Assembly (NCBI RefSeq): GCF_044704955.1 | Contig: NC_091999.1 | Location: 14,322,001-14,386,000 of the forward strand | Direction: 5' to 3' | Origin: Pristiophorus japonicus | Taxonomy: Eukaryota | DNA length: 64,000 nucleotides | In this document: one piece after another, positions 36,401 to 49,689 of the stretch | How positions within the stretch are numbered: the stretch's first letter is position 1 | Layout of the letters: the number at the start of each line of letters is the position of its first letter | The notes under the pieces: generated by a model | Told to the model about the DNA's origin: nothing | What the model saw: the letters and a program-made list of their open reading frames with translations, nothing else | Database searches by the model: none | Made by a program: the position numbers and the translations under genes

Positions 36401-37782
36401 AAAGCCTCCCTGATAAAGTGCGACATGCCCACTGACACCTGGGAGTTCTTGGCCATAGACCGCCCTCATTTGAGGAAGTGCATTCGGGAGGGCGCTGAGC
36501 TCCTCGAGTATCGTCGCAGAGAGCATGCAGAAATAAAGCGCAGGCAGCGGAAGGAGCATGCGGCAAACCAGGCTCCCTGCCCACCCTTTCCCTCAACCAC
36601 TATCTGTCCCACCTGTGACAGAAACTGTGGGTCTTGTATTGGACTGTACAGCCACCAAAGAACTCAGGCTAAGAGTGGAAGCAAGCCTTCCTTGATCCCG
36701 AGGGACTGCCTATGATGATGATGATGCACATTAAGCGGTAGATGATCAAACGGACCTTGGAGTGTTTGTCCATAGATCCCTGAAAGTAGCAGGCCAGGTG
36801 GATCAGGTGGTTAAGAAGGCAGACAGAATGCTTGCCTTTATTGGCCGAAGCACAGAATACAAGAGCACGGAGGTTATGCTTCAATTGTATAATACTCTGG
36901 TTAGGCCACAGCTGGAGTTCTGGTTGCTGTATTATAGGAAGGATGTGATTGCACAAGAGAGGGTGCAGAGGAGATTTACTAGGATGCTGCCTGGAATGCA
37001 ACATCTTAGCTGTGAGAGCAGATTGGATAGGCTGGGTTTGCTCTCATTGGAACAGTGGAGGCTGAGAGGGGACCTCATTGAGGTGACAACATTTTGTGAG
37101 GCCTGGATATAGTGGATAGCAAGGGTCTATTTCCCTTGGTGGAGGGGTCAATTACGAGGGGGCATAGTTTTAAGGTGGTTGGTGGAAGGCTCAGAGGGGA
37201 TTTGAGTGGAGGCTTCTTCACGCAGAGGGTTGTGAGGGTCTGGAACTCACTGCCTGGAAGGATGGTGGATGCAGAAACGCTCACCACATTTAAAAGGTGC
37301 TTGGATGGGCACTTGAAGTGCCGTAATCTGCAGGGTTACGGACCTAGAGCTGGTAATTGGGATTAGACTGGATAACCTCCTATTGGCTGGCGCAGATACG
37401 ATGGTAAGTACTGCAGCGAATCGAATATGGCCAGGGTGATTTCCTGGACTCGTTTCGATCGCCTGGATGGGTCAGAGAGGAATTTTCCCAGATTTTTTTT
37501 TCCCCCAATTGGCCTGGGTTTTATCTGTTTTTTGCCTCTCCCAGGAGATCACATAGGTCTGGTTGGAGTGGAGCGTAGAATGTTTCAGTGTAAGGGGCGT
37601 CGCAGTTGTGTGAGGCGGACTGGTTGGCCCGGGTGCTCTTTACCTTTCCGCCATTGTTCATTGCTCATAGGTTTATATGTAACCTTCAGGGCTGCTGACC
37701 GAGGGCCGTGCGGCTCTTTATCGGTCGGCGTGGACACGACGGGCCGAAATGGCCTCCTGCACTGTAAATTTCTATGTTTCTA
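33425..37782 (+). mobile_element. Long degraded CR1 (ORF1 end, EN, RT, long 3' UTR) interrupted by an RTE
   Basis: YFNAMSI..IIAITEIWL endonuclease, DKSPG, FADD, tttctatgtttcta tail. Confidence 0.88.
36027..36726 (+). mobile_element. 5'-truncated RTE LINE nested in CR1
   Basis: VYRAIVIPALLYGS..QLRWAGHIVRM..CPTCDR; (TGA)n tail; TSD CACATTAA at 36019-36026 and 36727-36734. Confidence 0.9.
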
Positions 37783-37789
37783 CCAATTA

Positions 37790-38800
37790 CTTTAAATCTG
37801 TGCCCCTAGTTATTGACCCCTCTGCTAAGGGGAATAGGTCCCTCCTATCCACTCCATCTCGGCCCCTCATAATTTTATAAACCTCAATAAGGTCTCCCCT
37901 CAGCCTCCTCTGTTCCAAAGAAAACAACCCCAGCCTATCCAATCTTTCCTCATACCTAAATTTCTCCAGTCCAGGCATCATCCTGGTAAATCTATTCTGT
38001 ACCCTCTCTTTTCTGTAATGTGATGACCAGAATTGCACACAGCATTCTAGCTGTGGCCTAACCAGTGTTTTATACAGTTCAAGCTCTTGTATTCTATGCC
38101 TTGGCTCATAAAGTCCAGTATCCCGTATGCCTTCTTAACCACTTTATCAACCTGTCCTGCTACCTTCAGGGATCAGTGGACAAGCACGCCAAGGTCCCTC
38201 TGTTCCTCTGCACTTCTCAGTGTCCTACATCTATTGTGTATTCCCTTTCCTTGTTAGCCCTCACCAAATGCATTACCTCACACTTCTGCGGCTGAATTCC
38301 ATTTGCCACTGCTCTGCCCACCCGACAGGTCCATTGATACCTTCCTGCAATCTGCAGCTTTCTTCTTCATTATCAACCACACAGCCAATTTTCGTATCAT
38401 CAGCAAACTTCGTAGTCATACCCCTTACATTAAAGTCTAAATCATTGATGTATACCAGAAACATCCTTCCAGTCACAAAAACACACATTGACCATTAACC
38501 TTTGCTTCCTACCTCAGCCAATTTTGGATCCAAGTTGCATCTTTGCCATGTATCCCATGGGCTATAACTTTCATGACCAGTCTGCCTTGTGGGATCTTAT
38601 CAAAAGCCTTGTTAAAATCCATATACACAACGTCAAACACAACACCGTCATCGACCTTCCGTGTGACCTCCTCAAAAAATGCAATCAGGTTAGTCAGACA
38701 CGACCTTCCATTAACAAATCTGTACTGAATGTCCCTGATTAATCCAGGTCTTCCTGAATGAAGATTTATCCTGTCCCTCAGAATTTTTTCCAATAATTCA
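37790..38800 (-). mobile_element. Internal CR1 RT fragment
   Basis: RSCLTNLIAFFEEVT, KFADDTK, QFWSSHYRK. Confidence 0.85.
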
Positions 38801-39142
38801 AAGTCCAAATTGGGGGAACTGAATTTTATTTTGTCATGTTATCGAGATTGGGGCCAGAGAGACAATAAATAATAATAAATAAATTATTTTAAAAATCGGT
38901 GATCAGACCTGCAGTATGATCAAAATCTCCAGATGACGCCAAAAATGGGGAGCGTGGGGCTCTGTGAAGAGGACTGTAAGTGAGCTCAGTCTGAATGCAC
39001 AGGTTTGTAAATGGGCTGGATGGATGGCAGATGACATTTAGTGCAGAGAAATCTGATGCAAACATCTTGGAAGAAAAATGGAGGAAATGTACATTAAATG
39101 GTAACATTTTAAAAGGAGTGGAGGGGTAGAGAGATTTGGGGA

Positions 39143-39690
39143 TGTAAAAGTCGAGCTAATCCCTTGTCTTATTAATTAGAAAGTTCCAGAGTCCAGTGTC
39201 AGCAACTTTAATACTTTAATAAGAAATATAAGTTGAGCAGTTTCTCCGTCACCCACCGTATCTTATACTGATCCACCAATCAGAGTAGAGATGCAAGTCC
39301 CGTGTGTCCACAGTAACTGACACCAGGTCAGCCCGCTGGATGGAACCTCTGGCGCCCTGAGCTTGATCTCTGGTGTCTCCAGTCCCCAATGCCCCCTTAC
39401 ATCAGTCTCCCCTCACTTTTATACCCTGCACTGATCCACCTCTGGCACCGGACTCTTCTTTGTCTTCTCTGCTGGGTTTGGGCAGGAAGTGAGGAAAAGA
39501 CAGCTGGAACTTCTCTAATCTGTGATTTACAAGGACACTTTCCCTGGTTCCCAGCACTTACTTTTCTTCAGTAATTTTCTCATTATTCCTAAACTATCCT
39601 ACATGCTGTTAGTTGTTATAGTTACACAATTATAGGTATAAACATCTCACATTATAATCTAATGTATTCTATTACTCACAATGGTTTAAG
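39143..39690 (-). mobile_element. Possible solo LTR
   Basis: Starts TGTAA; minus-strand TATAAAA near 39420 and ATTAAA near 39205. Right end and TSD not resolved. Confidence 0.35.
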
Positions 39691-40430
39691 CTTGGAAGAA
39701 GCACTGAGGGTTGCAAGGACATAGAATGTACTTTGGATCGGGAACTTGAATGTCCATCACCAAGAGTGACTCGGTAGTACCACTGTTGACTGAGCTGGCC
39801 GAGTCCTGAAGGACATATCTGCCAGACTGGGCCTGCAGCAGATGGTGAGAGAACCAACACGAGACAAAACCGACTTGAGCTGGTCCTCACCAATCTATCT
39901 GTCGCAGATACAAACAATGTCGGACAGGTAAAGACCATCAGGTACATCCAGCCTGTCCCATATGGAGCTGCATCTGTCTATGACAGCATTGGTAGCAGTG
40001 ACCATCGCACACAGTCATTGTGGAGACAAAGGCACACCGAAGACACTCTCAAATGTGTTGTGTGGCATCATCACCGTGCTAAACGGGATAGATGCAGAAC
40101 AGATCTAGCAGCTGAAAACGGGGCATCCTCAGGGTGCTGTGGGCCATCAGCAGCAGCAGCATTGTATTCCACCACAATCTGTAACCTCATGGTCCGGCAT
40201 ATCCCTCACTCTAACATTACCATCAAGCCTGGTTCAATTAGGAGTGCAGAAGAGCATGCCAGGAGCAGCACCAGGCGTACCGAGAAATGAGGTACCAGCC
40301 TGGGGAAACTGCAACACAGGGCTACATGCATACTAAGTAGCAGAAGCAGCATGGTATAAACAGGCCGAAGAAATCCCGGAACCAATGAATCAGATCAAAG
40401 CTCTGCAGTCCTGCCACATCCAGTCGTGAA
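39690..40430 (+). mobile_element. Degraded LINE endonuclease-region fragment
   Basis: LNVHHQE, QQMVREPTR..LELVLTN and IGSSDHRT motifs. Confidence 0.6.
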
Positions 40431-40832
40431 TGAACACAAAAATATACAAAAGAACTAGGAGCAGGAGTAGGTCATACGGCCCCCTCAAGCCTGCTCCGTC
40501 ATTCAATAAGATCACGGCTGATTTTCTACCACAACTCCACTTTCCTGCACTATCCCCATGTCTCTCGATTCCATTAATATCCGATGCTGGGTTCAGTTCC
40601 ACACTCACTGGTTCCCCTCCCTCTCCTCCCCTGAAGGTACTGACTCTACCTGGGTTCAGTTCTACAATCACCAGTTTCTCTCCAATATGTGACTAATGTG
40701 CCCAAACTCCATGTGTGAACCTCGACAGTGAGTGTCGACTGTCTATTCCACTGTCCTCACCTAAGGCCTCAGACGTGCATTTTCCAGCAGGGCCACCGAA
40801 CCCTCCTCCCAATGGCTCAGTGGATAAAGGCA

Positions 40833-41743
40833 TGTAGGATCTGTTCCCCACCCCCCCCTCACCCCAACTGTAAAATGGATTGTCGAATGGAATAAAACCT
40901 ATGGACGGTGGGACGGGTTAATAATAAACAAACCTCAGCACAAACACCCAGAGGGTGGGCTATACAGTAAGGGATGCATTCAAACATTGCAGCAAAACGA
41001 TGACTCATTGAGAGACTGGAAGGACATCCTCAGAGACAATGATACAGGACACCTGCCATCGATCTAATCAACACAGGCAATAGCACCAGACGCCGGCCAT
41101 GCACACCTTCAATGGCCCCTGGTCCCTGTCAAGAAGGAAGAGGGACATTCACACAGTCCTCAACAGTGGAGCCAGATCTGTTCCCAAGGATGGTTTGCAT
41201 TGTACTACACAGCAGGAGAGCTGATCGTGCCCCTGTCTGTGCCACTGATGATCAAGAGGTTATTAACCATCGGAAGAGTTGACAGGGGAACAGCAGGAAA
41301 TATGTTTGATGCTGTGATTATGAAGCCCCATAAAAAGAGGACCACTTCGAAGCGAGGGCAGTGCAATGAAGGAGGATGCAGGGTGGTCACCTGGTCCCGG
41401 CCTACAATCCACACCACAACCACCAGCTGTGTGGGTGATTATCAGTTTCAGTCAAACCGTCAGGGAATTTGTCCAAGTCGTTTTATAATCACAGTTGAAT
41501 CGCGGAAGGGTGTTAAACTGTGATATTTCCTGTTAGGTTTCAGGTAACCTTGTGCAGGGGGTTTGTATTATGGGTTCGGTGTTATTCCGGTCAGAATCTC
41601 AGGGAGGTTGTGTACTGGGGAATAACGCAAGTTCAATAAACATACAAGTTTAAGGTTGAGCCAAAACCCTGTGCCGAGTGTATTTTGTTCTTATAAATCC
41701 TGAAGTCAAGAACTGTTGGTGAGGGTTTAGCGAATCTCTCACC
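40833..41743 (+). mobile_element. Solo LTR (~911 bp)
   Basis: Starts TGTAGG; AATAAA at 41635-41640; GGCA TSD at 40829-40832 and 41744-41747. Splits a tRNA-like tggctcagtggataaaggca-ccaccc sequence. Confidence 0.7.
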
Positions 41744-41769
41744 GGCACCACCCAGTGTGACTGAGTCAT

Positions 41770-42320
41770 AGTTCCACCATTCAATTAGATCGTGACTGAT
41801 CAGTATCTTATCTCCGTCTACCTGCCTTGGTTCCATCACTCTTAATACCATTGCCCAAGAAGAATCTATCAAGCTCAGTTTAGGAATTTTCAATTGGGCC
41901 CCAGCCTGAGTTTTATGGGGAACAGAGTTCCAGATTTCCACAACCTTTAAGAACATAAGAAACAGGAGCAGGAGTAGGCCATACGGCCCCTCGAGCCTGC
42001 TGCACCATTCAATAAGATCCAGGATGATCTTGGACTTCAGCTCCACTTTCCCGCACTATCCCCATATCCCTCGATTCCTTTAGTGTCCAAACAGCTTTCT
42101 ATCTCAGCTCTGAATATATTCAATGACCCAACATCCACAGTCCTCTGGGAAGAGAATTCTAAAGATTCACGACCCTCTGAGTGCAGAAATTTCTCATCAG
42201 CTCAGTCCTAAATGGCCAAGCCCGTATCCTGAGACAATAACCCTTAGTTCTAGACTCTCGAGCCAAGAGAAATAGATTCTTACCATTTGTGTGAGGAAGT
42301 GCTTCCTGACATCACCCCAC
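41770..42320 (-). mobile_element. Stacked CR1 3' fragments
   Basis: aagaacataagaaacaggagcaggagtaggcc 3' UTR signatures. Confidence 0.7.
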
Positions 42321-42324
42321 AACC

Positions 42325-44270
42325 TCAGTCATGGGAAAAGTATTGGAAACAAATCCTGAGGGACAGGATAAATCTTCATTTGGAAAGACATGGATTAATG
42401 AAGGACAGTCAGCATGGATTTGTTAAGGGAAGGTCGTGTCTGACTAACGTGATTGAATTTTGAGAGGAGGTAACCATGAGGGTCGATGAGGGTACTGTGT
42501 ATGATGTAGTGTATATGGATTTTAGCAATGCTTTTGATAAAGTCCCACATGGCAGACTGGTCACAAAAGTAAAAGCCCATGGGATCCAGGGCTAAGTGGC
42601 AAGTTGGATCCAAAATTGGCTCATGCTGGAAGCAAAAGGTAATGGTACATGGGTGTTTTTGTGACTGAAAGGCTGTTTCCAATGGGGTCCTGCAGGGCTC
42701 ATTGCTGGGTTCCTTGTTTTTTGTGGTATATATCAATGACTTGGACTTGAATGTTGGGGGTATGATTAAGAAGTTTGAAGGTGACACTAAAATAAGCTGA
42801 GTGGTTGAGAATTAAGAAGAAAGCTGCGGACTGTAGGAAGATATCAATGCACTGGTCAGGTGGGCAGTAAAGTGGTAAATGGAATTCAATCTGGATAAGT
42901 GTGAGGTAATGCATTTGGGGAGGTCTAAGGCGGCAAGGGATTACATATTAAATGATCCGGCACTGACAATTGTAGAGGAACAAAGGGACCTTGGAGTGTA
43001 GGTCCACAGATCCCTGAAGGTGGCAGGCCAGATAGATAAGGTGGTTAAGAAGGTATATGAAATACAAGAGCGAGGAGGTTATGCTTGAACTGGTTAGGCC
43101 ACAGCTGGAATACTGTGTGCAGTTCTGGTCATCACATTACAGGAAAGATGTGATTGTACTGGAAAAGGTGCAGAGGAGATTTACAAGAATGTTACCTGGA
43201 CTGGAGAATTTTGGCTATGAGTAAATATTGGAGATGCTGGATCTGTTTTCTTTGGAACAGAGGAGGCTGAGGGGAGACCTGATGGAAGTCTATAAAATTA
43301 TGAGGGGCCTGGATAGAGTGGCTCGGAAGGACCTGTTTCCCTTGGCAGAGGGATCAACAACCAGGGGCATAGATTTAAAGTAACTGATTTAGAGGAGATA
43401 CAAAGGGAAATTTCTTCACCCAGAGGATGGTGGGGGTCTGGAACTCACTGCCTGAAAGAGTGGTAGAGGCAGAAACCCTCACCACATTTGAAAAATACTT
43501 GGATGTGCACTTAAAGTGCCATCAACTTCAGGGCTACGGACCGAGAGCTGGTGAGTGGGATTAGGCTGGATAGCTGATGGTCGGCCGGCACGGACACGGT
43601 GGGCTGAAATGGTCTCCTGCCATGCTGTAAATTTCGATGATTTTATGATTAATGACCTAGATGAAGGGACCGAGTGTAATGTATCCAAATTTGCTGATGA
43701 TACAAAACTAGGTGGGACAGTAAGCTGTGAGAACACACAAGTCTGCAGGATGTATATAGATAGATTATGTGAGTGGGCAGTAAGGTGGCAGATGGAGTAT
43801 AATGTAGGGAAATGTGAGGTTATTCACTTTAGTCGGAAGAATTTTAAAAAACAGAATATCTTTTAAATGATGAGAAACTTTTCAACGTCGGAGTTCGAAG
43901 AGATTTGGGGTGTCCTCGTGCAAGACACACAGAAAGTGAGCATGCAGGTACGCAAGCAATAAGGCAGGCAAATGGTTTGTCCTTTATTGCAAGGGGGTTG
44001 GAGTATAAGAGGAAGGAGGTCTTGCTACAATTGCACAGGGCCTTGGTGAGACAACACCTGGAGTACTGGGCACAGTTTTGTTCTCCTTATCTAAGGACGG
44101 AAACACTTGCCTTGGAGACGGTGCAACAAAGGTTCACAAGATTGATTCCTGGGATGAGAGGGCTGTCTGATGATGAGATAGTGCGTAGAATGGGCCTATA
44201 ACTCTCGAGTTTAGAATAATGATGTGTGATCTCATTGAAACATACAAGGTTCTGAAGGGGACTGACAGGT
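42325..44270 (+). mobile_element. Two adjacent degraded CR1 RT fragments (junction near 43645)
   Basis: SQHGFVKGRSCLTN, FDKVPH, KFADDTK, with many stops. Confidence 0.85.
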
Positions 44271-44271
44271 T

Positions 44272-46360
44272 ATATCTCAATCAGATATCTTGGATATTCC
44301 TCATACTGTTTATGGATCGGACCTAACTCAGTCTTCCACCCTTGCAAACGATTCTACCCAATACACCGTCCAAGGTTTCATTTCATTTCCATTTTTCCTT
44401 AGCAAAGTCAAGACCAATCCCACTGGTCTAATATCTTCACTTCTTTCTCCTTCCCTTGGGGCCAAAATCCCCATTCCTATTGGCTGCATCACATCAAAGC
44501 CTATGACTTGGTTCCCCTAAACCATTTTCTCAGTTGTTCTTCATGAATAAACAAAGGGATTTGATTACTCTCTCTCTTATCCAGTCCCTTCTGTACCACA
44601 TTCATCATAAATGTCACAGAGGCTACACACAATACCTCCAGTGAGCCACATCGTGTTCCCATTCACTTTCTATATCTATTCTGTTTACTCCTGCTAACCT
44701 TGCTGTGGCTCCTATTCTGAGCTATCCTGTCAGCTCTCACTTTCCTTGTGATTTAAACTGATTTTCCTTGTGTTCCCCATCTTTCTCATCCCTTGGATCC
44801 TGTTTTCTATTCTTTACTAACACATTCTTTACTAATTCTCTTCCCATTTTGTCTATTAATTGTGAATATCTCCTTTCACATAATCTCGTTGATAGATTCA
44901 AGCTCATGTTTAAAACTTTTGATTTCAATTAACTATTTAAAAACACACATTGTTATATAGTACATTTCCTGATTCAGTTACTTCTAGTCCATTAAAATGT
45001 GGGTTCTTTTACTGGATGGGACAGGTAGAGTTCTTTTTGTGAGGTGGAATGTCATTTTATTTAAGTCCCACATATGATGATCACTATCAGCGTTTGTACT
45101 TGGCAAACCAATAGTTAACATTACTGATCAACATACGACATTTCTTACTTTAAAATAACCTGCCGTCATTATCTTTTAAGTTTGTATTGAAGTATTTTAT
45201 AATGGTCTTGAATTACTTATTGTCCTGGTGTGATACTAACTCTTTAAGTGAACACTATTAATTTAGTGTTTGGGGTCAGGGTGTGTCCCAACCCACCTGG
45301 TTCAGGGGAGTCTTCCTGGTCTCCCAATCTTCCCAAGGAGCACGCTTTAGGCTTCTTTCTCTATTACCACCAAAATTATGCTTTTGAGGGTCTATACCTC
45401 AGTTTATCACGGATTCCAAAACTAACCCTTTTGAGGTGCTCTGCTTCCTATTGGAGATGGCCTCTCACTTGGATCCATGTTTTGTTATGGAGCCTGTGAG
45501 GTCTGGCCTCCTTATCTCCCACCTTCAGCTTGTAGCTAATCTGCACACAGCCATGGCCACCTTGTCCAGACAGAGACAGGCTGACTTTTTTTGTTTTTAG
45601 CCTCTCTACAAGCTTTCTTTGTTTAGTACTTAGTGGAGGCCTTGAAACTGATGACCATTCCAGCTGTAAGGAAATCTTAATTTGATCAGCATTCTCGCTC
45701 CTGTTAATTCTAATGCCTCTGACAGGTAGCAGTGTGTTTAACTCTATCCTAATTATTTCAAAGTCGGTTTCTCTATGGAGAATGTGTCACGGCCTCGATG
45801 GTTTAAAAAGTTCTCTCACTCTCCTGAGCCACATTAGCCATTTCATGTTGTGCTGTTGTCGATAACTGAGCATGCCTGAGACTCGTTCACACACACACGC
45901 AGCGGTATCCCAATATCATGCCACATGTGACATCTGATCCAAGCCATTTGAGGTGATCTTATCAAAAGATCGTGGGGTGTCTGAAGATCTTTGCTCATCT
46001 CCCTCTGCACGGTCCCGATGTCTCGGGTAGTGGCCAGGCGATCAAATTCAGTGTTCAGTACAGGCAATGACACAAACATCTCACAGAGAAATCTGAGAAA
46101 TTTCCTGCACTTTCCTGACTTCAACAAGAATTTACATTAACACCAGATTGTACCCAGGTGATTTATGACAATTCGCCCAGAAACAATGAGTGAAGAAACA
46201 TTTCTATTTGGAGGTGTAACTTTCCTGTTTTCCTCGTATATCCTCACTCATTTCCTCTCATTACATTTTATACAGTGTTCACCATTTCATTCATGAGCCC
46301 AGAGGAACTTTACTGTCTAATACAATATTATCATACTGTCTTTAAACATCGCTCAAACAT
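44272..46360 (-). mobile_element. Possible degraded LTR-element 5' region (LTR-like/leader/gag-like)
   Basis: Abrupt end of CR1 homology at 44271; A-rich minus strand with short K/E-rich frames; TG..CA segment at 46052-46360. No clear PBS. Confidence 0.3.
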
Positions 46361-46367
46361 TCCCACT

Positions 46368-46860
46368 TGGTCCAAATTTTGACCCAGTTTCTTTGTTTAA
46401 TTTTATTTCTTATTAATTTTTTATGATTGATTTATTGGTTGATTTATTGATGTATTTATCATTTATTATTGATGATGGCTCTTTATTTGTAAAACTGAAG
46501 TGTTTAATGTTTGTAAACTTCCCTTTAAGCCACCACCCTCCCCGCCACCCCCTACGCCTGATTTGTAACCTACGCCTGATTTTCTAAAGTGCAGACAAGG
46601 TTTTTTCGAGCATACAAAAATCTTCACTTACTCCATTCTAAGTTAGTTTGGAGTAAGTTTTCACTAACAAAACTTTGAAAACAGGCGTAAGTGGCCGGAC
46701 ACGCCCCCTTTTGAAAAAAAAATTCAGTTCCAAAGTGAAACTGTTCTGACTGACTAGACCTGGAGCAAACTAAATGACGAGAATTCTGATTTCTAAGATA
46801 CTCCATTCTACACCAGTTGCTCCAAAAAATCAGGAGCAAATCATGTGGAAACTTGGGGCC
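46368..46860. mobile_element. Non-autonomous interspersed element (MITE-like)
   Basis: Imperfect inverted ends ggtccaaattt / aaacttggggcc. A related start occurs at about 62578. Confidence 0.45.
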
Positions 46861-48410
46861 GATGGGACTAAAGGCGGGCAAGTCCCCTGGACCTGATGCC
46901 TTACATCCAAGGGTCTTAAGAGAAATGGCTGCAGAGATAGTGGATGCATTGGTTGTAATCTACCAAAATTCCCTGGATTCTGCGGCGTTCCCAGCAGATT
47001 GGAAAACCGCAAATGTAACGCCCCTATTTAAAAAAGGAGGCAGACAAAAAGCAGGAAACTATAGACCAGTTAGCTTAACATCTGTCATTGGGAAAATGTT
47101 GGAGTCCATTATTAAGGAAGCAGTAATGGGACATTTGGAAAAGCATGATTCAATCAAGCAGAGTCAGCATGGCTTTATGAAAGGGAAATCAGGTTTGACA
47201 AATTTGTTGGGAGTTCTTTGAGGATGTAATGAGCAGGGTGGATAAGGGGGAACCAGTGGATGTGGTGTATTTGGATTTCCAGAATGCATTTGATTTGATA
47301 AGGTGCCACATAAGAGGTTACTGCACAAGATAAAAGCTCATGGATAGAGGATTGGCGAACTAACAGAAAACACAGAGTCGGGATAAATGGGTCATTTTCC
47401 AGTTGACAAACAGTGACTAGTGGGGTGCCGCAGGGATCGGTGCTGGGTCCTCAACTCTTTACAATTTATATTAATGACTTGGATGAAGGGACAGAGTGTA
47501 ATGTAGCCAAGTTCGCTGATGAAAAAAGATGGGTGGGAAAGCAAATTGTGAGGAGGACACAAAACATCTGCAAAGGCTCAGTGAGTGGGCAAAAATTTGG
47601 CAGATAGAGTATAATGTGGAAAACTGAGAGATTATCCACTTTGGCAGAAATGATAGAAAAACAAATTATAATTTAAATGGAGAAAAATTGCAAAGTGCTG
47701 CAGTACAGAGAGACCTGGGGGTCCTTGTGCATGGAACACAAAAAGTTAGTATGTAGGTACAACAAGTAATCAGGAAGGCAAGTGGAATGTTGGCCTTTAT
47801 TGCAAGGGGAATGGAGTATAAAAGCAGAGAAGTTCTGCTACAACTGTACAGGGTATTGGTGAGGCCACACCTGGTGTACTGTGTACAGTTTTGGTTTCCT
47901 TATTTAAGGAGGGATATACTTGCATTGGAAGCTGTCAGAGAAGGTTCACGAGATTGATTCCGGATATGAGGGTATGAATAGGTTGGGTTTATACTCATTG
48001 GAGTTTAGAAGAATGAGAGGTGATCTTATTGAAACATATAAGATAATGAGGGAGCTCGATAAGCTGGATGCAGAGAGGATATTTGCACTCATAGGGGAAA
48101 CTAAAACTAAAGGACATAGTCTTAGAATAAGGGGACGCCCATTTAGAACTGAGATGAGGAGAAATTTCTTCTCTCAGAGGGTTGTAAATCTGTGGAATTC
48201 TCTGCCCCAGAGAGCTGTAGAGGCTGGGTCATTGAATATATTTAAGGTGGAGATAGACAGATTTTTGAATGATAAGGGAGTAAAGGGTTATGGGGAGTGG
48301 GCAGGGAAGTGGAGCTGAGTCCACGATCAGATGAGCCATGATCTTATTGAATGGCGGAGCAGGCTCGAGGGGCCAAATGGCCGATTCCTGCTCCTAGTTC
48401 TTATGTTCTT
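46861..48410 (+). mobile_element. Degraded CR1 RT plus 3' end
   Basis: [25 protein letters not shown], ttcttatgttctta tail. Confidence 0.9.
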
Positions 48411-48644
48411 AGGGTCTTAAAGGAGGAGGGAGAGGTTTAGGGAGGGAATTCTGGAGCTTAGGGCCTAGGCAGCTGAAGGCATGGCCACCAATGGTGGTGT
48501 GATTAAAACCAGGAATGCGAGGGAGGCCAGAGATCCTGGAGGGTTGTAGGGCTGGAGGAGGTTACAGAGATAGGGAAGGGCGAGGGCACAGAGGGATTTG
48601 AAAACAAGGATGAAAATTTTAAAATTGAGCTTCGTGCCCAGTCA

Positions 48645-48885
48645 CCATTTCACCTTTCTTTACAGATGCTCCCTGACCACTCTCCATTTCTCCTTCCTTT
48701 ACAGACGCTCCCTGACCACTCTCCATTTCTCCTTCCTTTACAGACGCTCCCTGCCCACTCCATTTCTCCTTCCTTTACAGACGCTCCCTGCCCACTCCAT
48801 TTCTCCTTCCTTTACAGACGCTCCCTGATCACTCTCCATTTCTCCTTCCTTTACAGACGCTTCCTGACCACTCACCATTTCTGCC
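48645..48885. repeat. 37-39-bp pyrimidine-rich minisatellite
   Basis: tccatttctccttcctttacagacgctccctgaccac repeats; resumes at 49550-49645 after a CR1 fragment. Confidence 0.85.
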
Positions 48886-48919
48886 ACATTTTTTTGAAAT
48901 ATTTAAAGATTTTAATAAA

Positions 48920-49545
48920 TCTTTGAAGGTCGCAGGACAGGTTAACAAAGCCTAAAGGATCCTGGGCTTTATAAATCGAGGCACAGAGTACGAAAGCCGG
49001 AAAGTTATGCTAAAGCGAAATAAAACACGAGCTCGAGCCCAGCTGGAGGATTGGATCCAATTCTGGGCACACTTCAGGAAGGACACAAAGGCTTTGGAGA
49101 GGGGACAGAAGAGATTTACTGGAATGGTGCCAGGGATGAGGAACTTCATTTATGTGGAGACTGGGGAAGCTGGGATTGTTCTCCTTGCAGCAGAGAAGGC
49201 TAAGACGAGATTTGATAGAGGTGTTAAAAATCATGAAGATTAGATAGAATAATTCTAATGGCTGATAACCAGAGGGCACAGATTTGAGACGATTGGCAAC
49301 AACAGAGGTCACATGAAGAAAACCATTTTCACACAAGGAGTGGTTAGGATTTGGAATGCACAGCCTGACGGAGCGGTGGAGACAGAGTCAATAGTAGCCT
49401 TCAAAAGTGAATTGGACAAAGACTTGAAGCGGAATGATATTGCACGGATTTGGGGAAAGAGCGGGGGAAGTAGGATAACCGGATTGCTCCCCGAAAGTAC
49501 CGGCGCAGACTCGACGGGCCGAATGGCCCCCTTCTGTGATTCTAG
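48920..49545 (+). mobile_element. Old CR1 3' fragment
   Basis: QFWAHFRKD..QKRFT, FTQGVVRIWN. Confidence 0.75.
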
Positions 49546-49689
49546 AATTCTTTACAGACGCTCCCTGCTCAGTCACCATTGCTCCTTCATTTACAGACAC
49601 TCCCTGGTCCATTACTATTTATTGTTGATTTACAGACGCTCCCTGAGAGTTTGACGCAGACACAGTGCGAGCAGACCCGGGACCCGGCA

